Source: Octopus sinensis (Eukaryota). Taken from it: DNA of 64,000 nt. Position numbers and translations under genes: made by a program. The notes below the pieces were generated by a model. It had not been told where the DNA came from. It saw only the letters and a program-made list of their open reading frames with translations, and made no database searches. Where the stretch lies: assembly GCF_006345805.1 (NCBI RefSeq), contig NC_043001.1, positions 112,406,001-112,470,000 of the forward strand, given 5' to 3'. Below are positions 61,234 to 64,000 of the stretch, in pieces. The stretch's first letter is position 1, and each line of letters starts with the position of its first letter.

Positions 61234-61273
61234 GATCTATCTATCTATCTATCTATCTATCTCTCTATCTCTC

Positions 61274-61306
<33 letters not shown>

Positions 61307-61509
61307 TATATATATACTATATATATATATATAAATATCTATTATATATATATATATATATATACCGATGGTCATTTTTAAAGCGATACTTTTGTGTAGG
61401 CATCTTCTTCCATAGCCTCGTATTGACCAATACCTTTCGTATGAAAATATTGAAGCCAAACAGCCACATTTACATATATATAACTAAACCTTAATACATG
61501 GTTATATAT

Positions 61510-61585
61510 AAGCAAGTATATGGTAAAGAACTCCTTCGGTCATAAACGACCATGAGATTGCACCTAGAAAATTACCCTCCGAGTT
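61510..61585 (-). mobile_element. Isolated SINE D-type 3' tail
   Basis: Reverse complement CGGAGGGTAATTTTCTAGGTGCAATCTCATGGTCG...GACCGAAGGAGTTCTTTACC. Confidence 0.6.
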
Positions 61586-63095
61586 TCTGAAATGAGTCTG
61601 AGAGTTTAAAAGTTAGTCAACACAACTGATCCAAGGTGTGCAATCTAATTTTAATGCTTTTTCTTGGTTATGAAATATTTTGCTAAGTGGTTGGCTTCTG
61701 CCTCAAATAGATGAGCTAGAAAGCTTCCTAGGTCCCTGGCAAATATTTTAAAGAAAAAAAATCTAACAAAAATTACTAAAAAAAACAGAAGAATAGATTA
61801 CGAAATGTACCAGGACTTAGTAATTGTATAAGTTTTGAATTGATGATTTTATAAGATATGATAATATTTCCTATGATACTTTGTGACACTCTGTAAAGCG
61901 CACAAGGGGCATGCAGTTATTACCATCACTTTAATCAGATAATAAGGCCAGAAACGCCTCGAAACGGTAAAGAAATATAGAATTGGGATCCCTATTATTC
62001 CTAACAAAGCATAAATGACTACGAATGTCATATCAAAAGTCCTTAACCAAACTGATTCAACATGGATATAGTGGTCTCTTTAACGTAACATGCTTGAAAG
62101 AAAGTTTGTTTTTACTCATACACGCAAATACACACTAACACACATATATATACAAACACACATGCATGCATTTTATACACAAACAGAGTAACACATATGT
62201 CTAAAATTATGCGAAAAAGTCTGCCTCGGTGTCTACGTGCACATAGACATATTTCTAATGTATGGGTGTAGATATATGTGAATGAATATAAAAAAAAGAA
62301 CGAAGCAAGAAGACATGATACCCTTCAGAAATTATATTTGCATATGTCCTCTATGTCTCAAGGGCCGACAATTGAGAGGGAAAATAATAATAATTTAGAA
62401 AAACGTATATCACAACTCTAAAATAACCCGAACAATATAGAAATATAAAAGAAACTAACAAACCAAACCTAACTATATAATATTACATGCATATAATATA
62501 TATATATATATATATGCGTCTGACAAAATACGACGATATATCACGTGCTAGTTTTTACGGCGATCTTAAAGACATGTTTGGTGTAGGTTTGAATTCTTCA
62601 GTAGCATAACCATAGGGTTGTGGTCTGGTTCCTGACATATATTCTTACCAAACACTTGAAGAACCCTTCAAACAGCATTGCTTTTGCGAACGAAAAAGGA
62701 ATATATACATACGCACACATACATACATACATACATACATACATACATACATACATACATACATACATACATGAATGCATAAATACAAACATGCATACGT
62801 ACATATATATGCATGCATTCATAAATGCATATATAAGCCATAAATACCCACTGCATATATGAACACTCACTCACACACATATTCACAAACACACACATAC
62901 CATACGCAAACACACACACATATATACATGCATGCATGCACAAGCAAATACACTAAAAAATAAGCAGATATATAGATATATGCATGTGTTTCACCTTTAT
63001 AAATGGCAATGTCTATATGTATATATATTTATATATACATATACATATATGTATATACAAACACAAAGGGATACACAGACATGCACGCACACAAT

Positions 63096-63127
<32 letters not shown>

Positions 63128-63277
63128 CATGCACACAAACACACACATATATACACACATACCCTTCTATTTCACATACATTCAGATGTATTACATGGAA
63201 AAATATGAATGACAGGTGGACAGATACGTTTTATAATAGATCACGGATAACTACATACACATATATATATATATTAA

Positions 63278-63330
<53 letters not shown>

Positions 63331-64000
63331 GCATAGACATGCATACATGTAACTTGATGGTAGAGAATGGCAAAGTTCTTAGCAGAGAAGTATACGCGCA
63401 TACACATAAATATCTAGATACATATATACACACACAAGCACAAAGATTGACACGCGCAAGCTGTAGAGGATCCAAAATACATGAGACATATATACTTGCA
63501 TGCGCACACATACAGGTCTATAATATGTGTATATACACACGTGCATGCATACATAGATATATACTTTCATAAATGCGTATCTGTCTTTGTACGAATATAT
63601 ATGTGTCTCCTTTTGATTGTATGCGAGATGATATTTTGGGAGAGAAAGAAGAATGAGTAAGAAGTAGAGAAAAAGAGGACGGCAAAAGGACGAGAAAGAC
63701 CGATAGCGAGAAATATCAGAATGATTGACTTGGTTTGTTAAATCACTTCAATATCTTTCCCCTTTTCCTGTATCTGACCCCATTGCGAAAAGGAAAAAAA
63801 AAAGAGACATCAGCACATATCATCCTAAGGGAATGGAAATGTTCCTCAGTCAAATATATTCTGGTTTATGAGGGCCATGTCGAGTGGTAGACAATTTTAA
63901 TTCTCCTCGGGGTACCATAACTTCGAACACTTCTGTCGTCTGCTTTCAGTGAAATAGCAGCAGTGAGAGTTGAAATGAAAGGAGAGCGAGAGAGAAAAGT

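Noticed and set aside
61849-62031. Minus ORF with YALLGIIGIP resembling a two-pore K+ channel TM segment
   Set aside because: No pore GYG/GFG motif, the spacing differs from YALxGIP, and there are no convincing splice sites.

Overview
Repeat-saturated eukaryotic DNA. The SINE families and extreme microsatellite load suggest a cephalopod (octopus-like) genome; this is inference from pattern recognition, not a database match. No complete protein-coding gene can be supported, and almost all ORF-track entries are translated microsatellites. Recognisable content: (i) at least five tRNA-headed SINE types with mixed head/core/tail modules, several with clean target-site duplications; (ii) decayed transposon coding remnants: two Penelope-like GIY-YIG endonucleases (1-480, about 42270-42670), R4/Dong-type LINE pieces (2960-3617, about 15100-15620), an RTE LINE 3' end (48938-49322), a mariner transposase N-terminus (29784-30215) and a Tigger/pogo DDE fragment (about 1605-2210); (iii) a complete 363-bp non-autonomous Helitron (30692-31054); (iv) fold-back/MITE elements; (v) a 5.3-kb array of a 90-bp unit (22505-27830); (vi) a 100-N assembly gap (37392-37491). 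The most notable signal is a set of hammerhead ribozyme motifs folded by eye: canonical type I folds at 34919-34981 (+) and 18344-18430 (-), back-to-back hammerheads inside a 110-bp near-perfect palindrome (35368-35477), and a family of roughly 200-bp microsatellite-embedded elements carrying a minimal hammerhead (60925-61130, 17193-17400, 37230-37391). A few short candidate exons (41437-41481 +; 40738-40779 and 40396-40525 -) are low confidence.
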